From NCBI GenBank assembly GCA_005889275.1, contig VBFI01000044.1, positions 22,509 to 86,508 of the forward strand: DNA of 64,000 bases, in the 5' to 3' direction. Source of the DNA: Chloroflexota bacterium (lineage in GTDB: Bacteria; Chloroflexota; Limnocylindria; P2-11E). Each line of letters starts with the position of its first letter. Position 1 is the first letter of the stretch. Below, piece by piece: positions 1-8,179 of this stretch. Under the pieces are notes generated by a model. The model saw nothing but the letters and a program-made list of their open reading frames with translations, had not been told where the DNA came from and did not search any database. Both the position numbers and the translations under genes were made by a program.

Positions 1-366
1 CCCGGCCAGACTTCGACCGCGGTCGTCGCGTACTACAACAGCGGGACGCGGGGGTGGCTCGCGGGCACCCTGGGCCAGGTCGCGTACCTCGGCACATGGA
101 ATCCCGAGCCGGGGCAGGACCGGGCGACAGCGCTCGGCGGCGACGGCGGGGGCGGCTCGCCGAACACGGGATGGCCGCGCTACAACCGGGTGGCCGTGCA
201 GCCGGCGGGTTGGGTCGGCCCGAATCAGGTGGCGTGGTTCCAGTTCACCATCGTCGCGCCGTCCGTACCGGGGACCTATCGGCTTTCCATCCGGCCGCTC
301 ATCGAGGGCGCGCAGTGGATGGAGGACTACGGCGTCTTCTGGTTCGTGACCGTCCGCGCGAGCTAG
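1..366 (+). CDS. 3' partial CDS: C-terminal NBR1-like Ig (N_BRCA1_IG-type) domain of a cell-wall-hydrolase-like protein
   Basis: Frame-1 translation from nt 1 (PGQTSTAVVAYYNSGTRGWLAG...GWPRYNRVAVQPAGWVGPNQVAWFQFTIVAP...YRLSIRPLIEGAQWMEDYGVFWFVTVRAS*) is about 60-70% identical to residues 70-200 of the 53485..54786 protein. Stop TAG at 364-366. The 5' end lies outside the window. Confidence 0.6.
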   Translation, partial: PGQTSTAVVAYYNSGTRGWLAGTLGQVAYLGTWNPEPGQDRATALGGDGGGGSPNTGWPRYNRVAVQPAGWVGPNQVAWFQFTIVAPSVPGTYRLSIRPLIEGAQWMEDYGVFWFVTVRAS

Positions 367-1196
367 CTGATCCGGAAGGTCACGGTCCGGACGGAGTTCC
401 CGGCCCGGATCGTGAAGAAGTACGTGTCGGGCGGGAACGATCCAGCCGTCGTGCGCAGGTCGAACGTGACCGTGCCGTTCGATGGCACCTCGCCGGTGAT
501 GTAGCCGACGGTGACCGAACCGCGGGTGTACGACGTCCGATAGGACGCCGCGGCGGGAAGACCAGTGAAGGTCAGATGGAACGTCGTCCCAGCCGGCCCG
601 ACCTGCGGCGACGCGAAGTCAGGAGGAGGCGTCGCCGGGCGCGGCGTCGGCGGCGCCGTCGGCGCCGGCGTGCGCGGGCGGGGCGTGGCGTTGGGTGCGG
701 AGGTGGGGTTCGCGGTTGGATCGGCCGACGCGGCCGCCGACGCGCTCGGCGCCGGATCGCTCGATGCCGCGGGCGTGCCCGTCCCGGAAGGGTCGGCTGG
801 CGGACTCGCTCCCTCGACGGCCGTCGGCGCGGGCGCCAGGAGCTTCGACGACGCGACCGCCGCCCCGCCCAGGACGACGATCAGCACCGCGGCGGAGACC
901 AGAAACGGCAGCGGGCTGCGCCTGGCCGACCCGGTCGGCTTCGCTTTGTTCGCGGCGATCGCCGAATCAGGTACGCGATGCGCGCCGCGCCACTGCGCCG
1001 CGAGCTCGCGGCCCATCGGACCCAGCACGGTCTGGATCCACTCGTTCTCGTCGGTGTCGAGGAACCAGGTCTGGATCGCGTGGATGTCGTTCGGCGGCGG
1101 CGGTGCCTTCGCGGCCGCGCCTTTTTCTTGGATCCACATCTGCTCAACGGGATTCCACGTGAAGACAGGAGTTTCCTGCCGACCCACCTCGGCCAT
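363..1196 (-). CDS. hypothetical single-pass membrane protein: Trp-rich cytoplasmic N-domain, TM helix, Pro/Ala/Thr-rich linker, C-terminal beta-rich domain
   Basis: ATG at 1196..1194 (MAEVGRQETPVFTWNPVEQMWIQEKG...). One hydrophobic segment LPFLVSAAVLIVVLGGAAV. Long P/A/T low-complexity linker. Resembles an anti-sigma-factor-like topology. Convergent with the partial gene at the window start. Confidence 0.4.
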   Translation of the reverse strand: MAEVGRQETPVFTWNPVEQMWIQEKGAAAKAPPPPNDIHAIQTWFLDTDENEWIQTVLGPMGRELAAQWRGAHRVPDSAIAANKAKPTGSARRSPLPFLVSAAVLIVVLGGAAVASSKLLAPAPTAVEGASPPADPSGTGTPAASSDPAPSASAAASADPTANPTSAPNATPRPRTPAPTAPPTPRPATPPPDFASPQVGPAGTTFHLTFTGLPAAASYRTSYTRGSVTVGYITGEVPSNGTVTFDLRTTAGSFPPDTYFFTIRAGNSVRTVTFRIS

Positions 1197-1227
1197 CACG
1201 GTTAGGTTAACGGGCACGCTCGAAAGA

Positions 1228-1785
1228 TTGACCCGTTCGTGGATCGCGGTCGGCACCCAATCGGTGGGTGGGGGTACTAGTACTTTGCTCCTAATTCGGC
1301 GCTTAGCCGTGGAGCGTGAACGCTGGCTGTCCCCGCGCGAATTCGGTGAGCTGTGGGCGCTCTCGCAGCTCTCGCCGGGTATCCATCTCGTAGCCCTCGC
1401 CGGTCTCGTCGGCGATCGCGTCGCCGGGTGGCGCGGCGTCGCGGCGACCGTCGGCGGAATGCTCGTCCCGGCGGCGGCGATCACCGTCGCGGTCACCGTC
1501 GCCTACGGCGCGATCGCCTCGTCGGAGATCGCGCGCGCGGCGCTCTCGGGCGTCGCGCCGACCGCCGCGGGGATGACACTCGCGACCGCCTTGCTCCTCA
1601 TCCGTTCCACGGCGCGTCGCGCGCGGGCGCAGGCCGCACTCGATCTCGCGGTGAGTGCGGCGGCGTTCGCCGCGGGGATCGCGGTGGCGATCCCGACGGT
1701 CGCCGCGATCGCGATTGGCGGCCTCATCGGCGTCGTCGCGCTCGGGCGCGAGCGTCCGACCTCTCGCGAAACACCGGTGGGGTGA
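1228..1785 (+). CDS. chrA: chromate transporter ChrA family, N-terminal-half-type short subunit
   Basis: ...SVGGGTSTLLLIRRLAVERERWLSPREFGELWALSQLSPG... matches the ChrA FGGG...E.V...WL...F.....A.SQ..PGP signature. The start is uncertain: TTG 1228, GTG 1264 and TTG 1285 are all in frame. The stop TGA overlaps the next chrA-half start (GTGA). Confidence 0.6.
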   Translation: MTRSWIAVGTQSVGGGTSTLLLIRRLAVERERWLSPREFGELWALSQLSPGIHLVALAGLVGDRVAGWRGVAATVGGMLVPAAAITVAVTVAYGAIASSEIARAALSGVAPTAAGMTLATALLLIRSTARRARAQAALDLAVSAAAFAAGIAVAIPTVAAIAIGGLIGVVALGRERPTSRETPVG

Positions 1786-2300
1786 TCGTGGATCCGGTCG
1801 GGCTGTTCCTCGTCTTCTTGAAGGCGTCGGCCCTCTCTCTCGGCGGCCTCTCGTCGCTCCCGCTGCTGCGCGCGGATCTCGTGGCGACGCACATCGCGAC
1901 CGACCAGCAGCTGGTGCAGGCGATCGCGATCGGTCGTGTCTCGACCGGACCGAACGGTCTCTACATCGTGAGCCTCGGTTACCTCGTCGGCGGTTTCGCG
2001 GGCGCGGCACTGGCGACGGTCGCCGCCGCGGTCCCGCCGCTCGTCATCATCCCGATCGCGCGGGTGTCGCGGCACCTGTTGCTCACGCCGCCGGTCGCGG
2101 GGCTCGTTCGCGGTGTCGCGCTCGCGACGGCCGGGCTCCTTGCCGCGAGCTCGCTCCAGATCCAGATCGCCGCGGGCGCGACGGCTTGGTGGCAGATCGC
2201 GCTGGCCGCGGCCGCGGTGGTCCTCTCGTACCGCGGGACGATCCATCCAGCGTTCGTCATCGTGGGCGGCGCCGCCGCTGGGATCCTCCTCGGGAGATAG
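1782..2300 (+). CDS. chrA: chromate transporter ChrA family, C-terminal-half-type short subunit
   Basis: MIVDPVGLFLVFLKASALSLGGLSSLPLLRADLVATH...QAIAIGRVSTGPNGLY is a second ChrA repeat with a polytopic hydrophobic profile. The GTG start at 1782 overlaps the upstream stop (GTGA). A split chrA pair is a known arrangement. Confidence 0.7.
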   Translation: MIVDPVGLFLVFLKASALSLGGLSSLPLLRADLVATHIATDQQLVQAIAIGRVSTGPNGLYIVSLGYLVGGFAGAALATVAAAVPPLVIIPIARVSRHLLLTPPVAGLVRGVALATAGLLAASSLQIQIAAGATAWWQIALAAAAVVLSYRGTIHPAFVIVGGAAAGILLGR

Positions 2301-2309
2301 CCGGTCGGA

Positions 2310-3311
2310 CTATTCCTCCGGCGCGATCGCGGCGACGATCGCGAGGTCTTGCGCGCGAACCTTCGCGGGATCGAACTTGCGCAGGTTCGCGGTCATCCTC
2401 GTGAGCAGCTCGGCCATGGTCATCGGGGGTTTCTCGCCCTTTTTCGCGGGGATCCAGCGGACGGGGTTGCACCGAGCGACCACCACCTGGCGAAGGTATG
2501 GGCTCTTCATCCCGCGTTCCTGGAGCGTCTTCACGTGCGCCGCGACGCGATCGTCGATGTCCATGAGCCGCACGGCCCACTGCTCGCGCTGGCGGAGCGC
2601 GGCGGGGAGAGCCGTCTCGAGGAACCGGTCGACGCGGCGGAGCATCGAGTTGTAGGCCGACCCCGCGAAGCGATCGCGCTTCTCGTACGCGCACCCGAGC
2701 GTGAGGAACGCCGGAGATTCGAAGCTCGTCGCGTGCTCCGATTCCTTCGAGCGCGGCTGCTCCTTGGCGAGCGATCGCGCCATGCGGATCACCTCGAGCG
2801 AGCGATCGCGCAGGTTGTGCGCCTTCTCGGTGTTGAGGGCGAGGATGCGGTAGGCAAGCGCCACGTCGTCGGTGAGCAGCGCGGTGATGGCCCGTTGGCC
2901 GAGCTGCTTCGCCGCGGCGATGCGGTGCCGGCCGTTCGGTGACCAGAAGACATCCTTCCCGGGGATGGCGATGACCGGATCGAGGAAGAGGCCCGCGGCG
3001 CCGATCGCTGTCGCGAGGCGGTCCGCGTGGGTCCGCGAGAGATCGCGCTGGAACGGCGTCGCCTCGACGGCGCCGAGCGGCAGCGACGCGAGGATGAGCG
3101 GCGCGCCCGCGTACGGATCGCGATACGCGGCGAGGACCGCCCCGTTCGCCTTCGCGATCTTCGCGCCGAGGTCCCGAACGGCGGGGTCGTCGAGCGTGAG
3201 CGCCGACGCCCCGGCCTCCGGACCCCGCGCCTCGGCCGGCCCGCGCCGGCGCCGCGTGGTCTTCTTCGGAGCGCCCTTCTTCGCGCTTGCCGCGCTCTTG
3301 GCCGGGCTCAT
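2310..3311 (-). CDS. ParB/Srx-fold (ParB-like nuclease domain) protein with a basic N-terminal tail
   Basis: ATG 3311..3309, 333 aa. It starts MSPAKSAASAKKGAPKKTTRRRRG. The motif DPVIAIPGKDVFWSPNGRHRIAAAKQLGQRAITALL matches the ParB-N DGHHR...AA..LG box. The start overlaps the MFS stop (ATGA). The 5' half of the tracked 724-aa ORF is an Arg-rich artefact. Confidence 0.7.
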   Translation of the reverse strand: MSPAKSAASAKKGAPKKTTRRRRGPAEARGPEAGASALTLDDPAVRDLGAKIAKANGAVLAAYRDPYAGAPLILASLPLGAVEATPFQRDLSRTHADRLATAIGAAGLFLDPVIAIPGKDVFWSPNGRHRIAAAKQLGQRAITALLTDDVALAYRILALNTEKAHNLRDRSLEVIRMARSLAKEQPRSKESEHATSFESPAFLTLGCAYEKRDRFAGSAYNSMLRRVDRFLETALPAALRQREQWAVRLMDIDDRVAAHVKTLQERGMKSPYLRQVVVARCNPVRWIPAKKGEKPPMTMAELLTRMTANLRKFDPAKVRAQDLAIVAAIAPEE

Positions 3312-4573
3312 GAATCCCCTCCTGCGTCCGCCGCCTGGGTGATCGCGCGTCGCGGCGCCACGGCGGCGAAGTCTCGCAGACGCCGCCCGCGGGCGGCGAC
3401 GCCCGCGATCACGCCACCGATCACGAGCGCCCCGACGGTCGCCGCTCCCGGTGCGCCGACCAGGGCGGTGGCGACGCCGGTCTCGAGCTGCGAAGCGTTC
3501 GTCAGCCCGCGCGCGACGATGAGGATGAACGACATCACCCGCCCGCGATACGCGTCTTCCGCGGCGAGCTGCGCGATCGCGCTGCGCATGGTCCCCCAGG
3601 TCGCGTCGGCGAAGCCGACGACCGCGAGGATCGCCATCGAGAGCGGGAAGGAGCGCGACCACGCGAAGCCCAGGAGCGCGAGGGCGTAGAGCGCCCCGGA
3701 CCCGAGCATGAACACGCCCTTGCGCCGCACGTCTCCGATGACGACGAGCAGCGCCATGCCCACGATCGCTCCGAACGCGATGCTCGAGAGCAGGAGGCCG
3801 AGGCCTTCGGCGCCCGCGCTCAGCACGTCGCGGGCGAAGATCGTCATGAGCGCCTGGTTGTGCCCGAAGACGGAGAGCGTCGCCTCGATCGCGAGTACCA
3901 GCGGGAGGATCCTGCTCGCCTGAACGTAACGCAGCCCGCCGACGAGCTCGCCGCGGAGCGATCCCCGGGCGCGCGCGGTCAGCGCGGGGACGCGCATCGC
4001 CATGAGTCCACCGATGATCGCGAAGTAGCTCGCGGCGTTCACGAAGAACGGCCACGCGACGCCCGCGCGCGCGATGAGCATTCCGGCGATCGCGGGGCCG
4101 ACGAGGTTCGAGGTCTGGAAGAGCATCGAGTTGAGCGTGATCGCGTTCTGGAGCTGGCCGCGCGGGAGGAGCGTGGGGAAAAGCGACTGCCGCGCGGGAG
4201 CATCGAATGCCGCGATCGTGGCGTTCAGGAAGCTGATGACGTAGATGTGCCAGAACACCACGTGCCCGCTGAGGACGAGCGCACCGAGGACGAGTGACGT
4301 CACGACCGAGGAGCTCTGGGTGATCAGGAGCAAGCGGCGGCGCTCGACCCGGTCGGCCACGGTCCCGCCGAGGAGCGCGAACGCGAAGATCGGTAGCGCC
4401 CGGAAGACGCCGCCGAGACCGAGCAGCAGCGGCGAGTCGGTGAGCTGATAGAGCAGCCAGCTCGTCGCGGTCAGCTCGATCCACGTACCGGACATCGAGA
4501 CGAGCTGCCCCGACCAGTAGAGCGCGTAGTTACGATGAGCGAGCGGTGCCAGCCCTGGCAGGAGGCGCGGCAC
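3308..4573 (-). CDS. MFS transporter (EntS/DHA3-like)
   Basis: 421 aa with about 12 TM helices. It carries the motif FRALPIFAFALLGGTVADRVERRRLL. The GTG start at 4573 overlaps the DUF421 stop (TAGTG). Confidence 0.85.
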   Translation of the reverse strand: MPRLLPGLAPLAHRNYALYWSGQLVSMSGTWIELTATSWLLYQLTDSPLLLGLGGVFRALPIFAFALLGGTVADRVERRRLLLITQSSSVVTSLVLGALVLSGHVVFWHIYVISFLNATIAAFDAPARQSLFPTLLPRGQLQNAITLNSMLFQTSNLVGPAIAGMLIARAGVAWPFFVNAASYFAIIGGLMAMRVPALTARARGSLRGELVGGLRYVQASRILPLVLAIEATLSVFGHNQALMTIFARDVLSAGAEGLGLLLSSIAFGAIVGMALLVVIGDVRRKGVFMLGSGALYALALLGFAWSRSFPLSMAILAVVGFADATWGTMRSAIAQLAAEDAYRGRVMSFILIVARGLTNASQLETGVATALVGAPGAATVGALVIGGVIAGVAARGRRLRDFAAVAPRRAITQAADAGGDS

Positions 4574-5091
4574 TAGGGCCGGTTGCGGAGCTGTCGGATC
4601 CGGCGCTGGGTCCGGATGGACTCGCCGGCTCGCGTCGGGATGATGCTGATCGATCCGTCCCGCTCGAGGATCGCGGCGCGGACGTCCTTGAGATCGTCGA
4701 TGCCGTGCTCGCGGGCGGACATCTCGATGTCCTCGTGCGTCACGTTCTCGCGCTCGAGGTGCTTCTCGATGAACTTACCGTCGTCCACCAGGAGCGTGGG
4801 CTCGCTCGTGAACAGATGCTCGAGGAGCGGCACGCGGTTCGCGACGCGCCCGAACGCGAGGTTCATCGCGACGAGCGTGCAGGCCGCCAGGATGCCACCG
4901 ATCAGCGAGTTGTCGCCGCCGGTCATCGCGTTCTGCACCGCGTTCGAGATGACCAGGATGACGACGAGGTCGACGGCGCTCATCTGCCCGAGCTCGCGCT
5001 TCCCGGCCACCCGGAGGAGCACGAGCACGACGATGTAGACGACCGCGGTGCGCAGGATGATCTCCCACCAGGGCGTCGTGAGGCCGAACAC
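4573..5091 (-). CDS. DUF421 (YetF-like) membrane protein
   Basis: WWEIILRTAVVYIVVLVLLRVAGKRELGQMSAVDLVVILVISNAVQNAM... matches the YetF/DUF421 N-terminus, followed by a soluble C-domain. GTG 5091 lies 4 nt after the RIO gene stop. The upstream part of the tracked ORF is Ser/Arg-rich junk. Confidence 0.7.
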   Translation of the reverse strand: MFGLTTPWWEIILRTAVVYIVVLVLLRVAGKRELGQMSAVDLVVILVISNAVQNAMTGGDNSLIGGILAACTLVAMNLAFGRVANRVPLLEHLFTSEPTLLVDDGKFIEKHLERENVTHEDIEMSAREHGIDDLKDVRAAILERDGSISIIPTRAGESIRTQRRIRQLRNRP

Positions 5092-5095
5092 GGGC

Positions 5096-5848
5096 TCAGG
5101 ATGACAAAAGCTGGCTGGCGAAGCGCGCGGGCGAATCCCCGACCACGGCGAGAGCCGCGCGGACGTCGATCGCGACGCCCATCCGGACGAAATACGAGGC
5201 CGCGCGCTCGACGTCTCGGACGAGCAGCTCTCGCGCCGCGGGATGGGTGACCGCGTCGACCGCCTGCGAGAAATCGATGAGAACGGCCCGCCCGCGCCAC
5301 CAGAGGACGTTGAACGCGGAGAGGTCCCCGTGCACGACGTCGGCCTCCAGCATGCGGCGGATCTCGAGCTGGACCTCGCGCCAGACCAGCCGGGCGGTCT
5401 CTCGGTCGAGATCGATCTCGGTGAGCCGCGGCGCGGCGCGGTCGCCGTCCCCGACGAACGCCATCCGGTATCCGTCGGCGACCTGCTCGACCGGCGGTGG
5501 CACGGTGACGCCGGCCTCGTACAGCCTCGTGAGCGTCGTCCACTCGTGGTCAATCCACCGCGCCTGGATCGCCTGCTGGCCGAAGCGCGTACGGTTCCGG
5601 ATCGCACGCGCCTCGCGCCGGCCTCCTGCGCCCCAGACACCGGCATAGCGATAGTCGTTGCGGAACCCACGGCTCCGCCGCTCCTTGAACCGCTTCTCGG
5701 CGATGAGCGACGTGCGCTCTGGGCCGATCCGCGCGATGAGATGCACCTCGCTTTCCTTGCCGGTCTTGAGCACGCCCATGGGGACGTCGTCGTACGGCGC
5801 TCCCACGAGCCAGTCGCTCGCGAAGAGTGGCGGTCGCGCCTCGGGCAT
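5096..5848 (-). CDS. RIO1-family atypical serine protein kinase
   Basis: Motifs ESEVHLIARIG, VHGDLSAFNVLWWRGRAVLIDFSQAV and RDVERAASYF match RIO1. ATG 5848 has a GGAGG Shine-Dalgarno 5 nt upstream. Confidence 0.8.
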   Translation of the reverse strand: MPEARPPLFASDWLVGAPYDDVPMGVLKTGKESEVHLIARIGPERTSLIAEKRFKERRSRGFRNDYRYAGVWGAGGRREARAIRNRTRFGQQAIQARWIDHEWTTLTRLYEAGVTVPPPVEQVADGYRMAFVGDGDRAAPRLTEIDLDRETARLVWREVQLEIRRMLEADVVHGDLSAFNVLWWRGRAVLIDFSQAVDAVTHPAARELLVRDVERAASYFVRMGVAIDVRAALAVVGDSPARFASQLLSS

Positions 5849-6019
5849 GCGTCCTCCAGGTCGGAGGCGGCCAAGAGCGAGCGGCGCGCGCGGCGCTAGA
5901 AGGTGGGCGGCCTCGGGGTAGGAAGGCCGGCGGCGTCGCGTGCGGTACGTTCGCTCAAATCCGGCCTCCTGTCGTCGATGTCGACCTCGCGGTCGCGCGC
6001 GAAGCGTAGCAGCCGCGGC

Positions 6020-6928
6020 CTAGGGGGTCGAGGTCGGCAGCGGACCGCGCGAAGGGAACGCCGGGACCACGAGCTCCTTCTCGAAGATCTTCGCGCGCGG
6101 CGTATCGCTCAGGAATCTCATGATGCCGGCGCTGATCGCGGCGGCGACGACATCCGCTTTGTCGATCATGAGCGCCCGGTCGTCGTCGTTGGAGAGGTAA
6201 CCCATCTCCAGGATCACCCCGGGGGTGAACGGGGAGACCGCATGCTGAAAGCGGGTCCAGCTGAAAACGTAGTAGCCCCGCATCGCGTTCGAGATGTGCG
6301 TGCCGTCGTAGTCGAGACCCGTCGCCTTCGCGTACGCGGTCTTGACGTCGTTCAGCAGGGCGTCTTCGTAAGGGCCGCGTCGCGCGCTGTGGGCCATCTT
6401 GAAACCGCTGAGCTCACCGACGCCGTCGCTGTCGGCGTGCAGCGCGACGACCGCGTCCGCGAGATACCCCGGCGGAATGGTCGTCGGCAGGATGTCGACG
6501 GCGATGCCGCTCGAGTTCAGCAGCACCGCGACGCGCTGCGCGATGTCGAGGTTCAGGTCGACCTCATTCACCCCCTCCCAGGAGGCGCCCGTCTGCACGA
6601 CGAGCTTGGTGAGCTCCGGGGGAGCCTCGTCGGTCTTCCAGTGACCGACCTGGATCCCGACACGTCGCGGGCCGATCGGAATGTTCTTGGGCAGGGGGAC
6701 GCGAAGCGTGCCGATAGCGCCCGGGCTCGCGCTCGGTCCGGGCGTTTGCAGGATCACGCCGCCGGGTGGAGCCGCGGCCGACCACGGGTCGTCCGGGTCA
6801 CCCGGGTCGGTACCGATCTGCCCGAGGGGCGCGCCCGCTGGGACGAATCCGGGATCGACGGCGGCGGTCACCGCCCGCGTCACGACCGCGCCGCTCACCG
6901 CGGCGTTCGCGACGAGAACGACCGCCAC
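6020..6928 (-). CDS. N-acetylmuramoyl-L-alanine amidase (Amidase_3, CwlD/AmiC-like), secreted
   Basis: GHWKTDEAPPEL...ALHADSDG...SGFKMAHSARRG matches Amidase_3. The GTG at 6928 is the first canonical start, but the in-frame upstream sequence (FLIRLLGGVAALAAVV) looks like the n-region of a signal peptide, so the true start may be non-canonical. Confidence 0.75.
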   Translation of the reverse strand: MAVVLVANAAVSGAVVTRAVTAAVDPGFVPAGAPLGQIGTDPGDPDDPWSAAAPPGGVILQTPGPSASPGAIGTLRVPLPKNIPIGPRRVGIQVGHWKTDEAPPELTKLVVQTGASWEGVNEVDLNLDIAQRVAVLLNSSGIAVDILPTTIPPGYLADAVVALHADSDGVGELSGFKMAHSARRGPYEDALLNDVKTAYAKATGLDYDGTHISNAMRGYYVFSWTRFQHAVSPFTPGVILEMGYLSNDDDRALMIDKADVVAAAISAGIMRFLSDTPRAKIFEKELVVPAFPSRGPLPTSTP

Positions 6929-7087
6929 GACGACCGCGGCAAGCGCCGCGACGCCGCCGAGAAGTCGGATCAGGAAGCCATCCTCACGCTCGCATTCTCG
7001 AACACGCGATCATCTCGAAGAGCACCTGCACGACCCGGTCCCGACGCGATCCGACATCCACGAGACGCAACGGATACCCAGGCTCCA

Positions 7088-8179
7088 ATGAAATGGGTTC
7101 GCCCGGGGCGAAGATCGGCCGTCCGACTTCCATCCGGCCGAACGACCGGCCGTCACTGGCAGACTTCGCCCGTGCGAGATCTCAACGTCCTGACCGACGA
7201 GCCGCTCAACGCGGAGACGAGGCTCGACCGGCAGGACGGCGCCATCACGCCGGCCGGTCGGCATTACGTGCGAACCCATTTCGCGATGCCCGACCCGAGC
7301 GCGGAGCTGGTCATCGAAGGCGATCGCCGGATCACCCTCGCGGCGCGGCAAGTCCGCGCCCTTGGGGGCACGACGCTGGCCGTCACGCTCGAATGCGCGG
7401 GCAACGGCCGGCGTTTCATCGAGCCTGCGACGCCGGGCGAGCAGTGGGGCCTCGGCGCCGTCGGCACGGCCGAATGGACCGGCGCGCCGCTCCGCCTGCT
7501 GCTCGAGCGGGCGGGAGTCGGTCCCGGCGCGAGGGAGGTGCTCTTCCGGGGAGCGGACAGAGGCGTGGTGGCGGACGTCGGCGCGCGTGTCGCCTACGAG
7601 CGGTCGCTTCCGATCGCCGACGCGCGCCGCGAAGACGTGATCGTCGCCTGGGCGATGAACGGCCGTCCGATCCCGCGCGAGCACGGCGGTCCGCTTCGGC
7701 TCGTCGTTCCCGGCTGGTATGGCATGGCGTCGGTGAAGTGGCTCGCCACGATCGCGGTGCTCGATCGATCCTTCGACGGCTTCTATCAGCGTGATCGCTA
7801 CGTCATCGACGGTCGACCGCTCCGCGAGATCGCGCCCCGCGCGGTCATCACCTCCCCCGGCGACGGCGCCCTGCTCTCCGGGTCGATACTCGAGATCAAG
7901 GGGTACGCGTGGTCCGGGGCGGCGCCCGTCGAGCGCGTGACGGTCGGCGTGGGAGCCGATCGAGCCGACGCGGACCTCGGCGAGGCCCCTTCGGCATATG
8001 CCTGGCGTCCCTTCACCAGGAAAGTCGCCCTCGCCTCCGCAGAGCGATTAGACCTGGTGGTGAGCGCGCGGGCGACCGACGCGGCGGGGAACGTTCAGCC
8101 GGAGGTCCCGGTTTGGAACGCGCTCGGCTACGGGAACAACGCGGTCCGGCCCGTGCGGGTCCGCCTCTCCCCGCGTTAA
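7088..8179 (+). CDS. sulfite oxidase-like molybdopterin oxidoreductase (Moco domain plus dimerisation domain, no heme domain)
   Basis: LTDEPLNAETRLDRQDGAITPAGRHYVRTHF...LECAGNGRR...PGWYGMASVKWLATI and a C-terminal Ig-like dimerisation domain. ATG 7088. No signal peptide. Confidence 0.8.
   Translation: MKWVRPGRRSAVRLPSGRTTGRHWQTSPVRDLNVLTDEPLNAETRLDRQDGAITPAGRHYVRTHFAMPDPSAELVIEGDRRITLAARQVRALGGTTLAVTLECAGNGRRFIEPATPGEQWGLGAVGTAEWTGAPLRLLLERAGVGPGAREVLFRGADRGVVADVGARVAYERSLPIADARREDVIVAWAMNGRPIPREHGGPLRLVVPGWYGMASVKWLATIAVLDRSFDGFYQRDRYVIDGRPLREIAPRAVITSPGDGALLSGSILEIKGYAWSGAAPVERVTVGVGADRADADLGEAPSAYAWRPFTRKVALASAERLDLVVSARATDAAGNVQPEVPVWNALGYGNNAVRPVRVRLSPR

Noticed and set aside
54-1205. 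383-aa ORF on the plus strand, extremely Arg/Gly-rich
   Set aside because: Low-complexity RRRR runs. It lies antisense to a gene with clear domain organisation. This is typical high-GC stop-codon-poor frame noise.
3312-4484. N-terminal 390 aa of the tracked 724-aa ORF (2310..4484)
   Set aside because: Arg/Asp/Gly-rich with no motifs. It overlaps the MFS transporter in another frame. The real ParB-like protein starts at ATG 3311.
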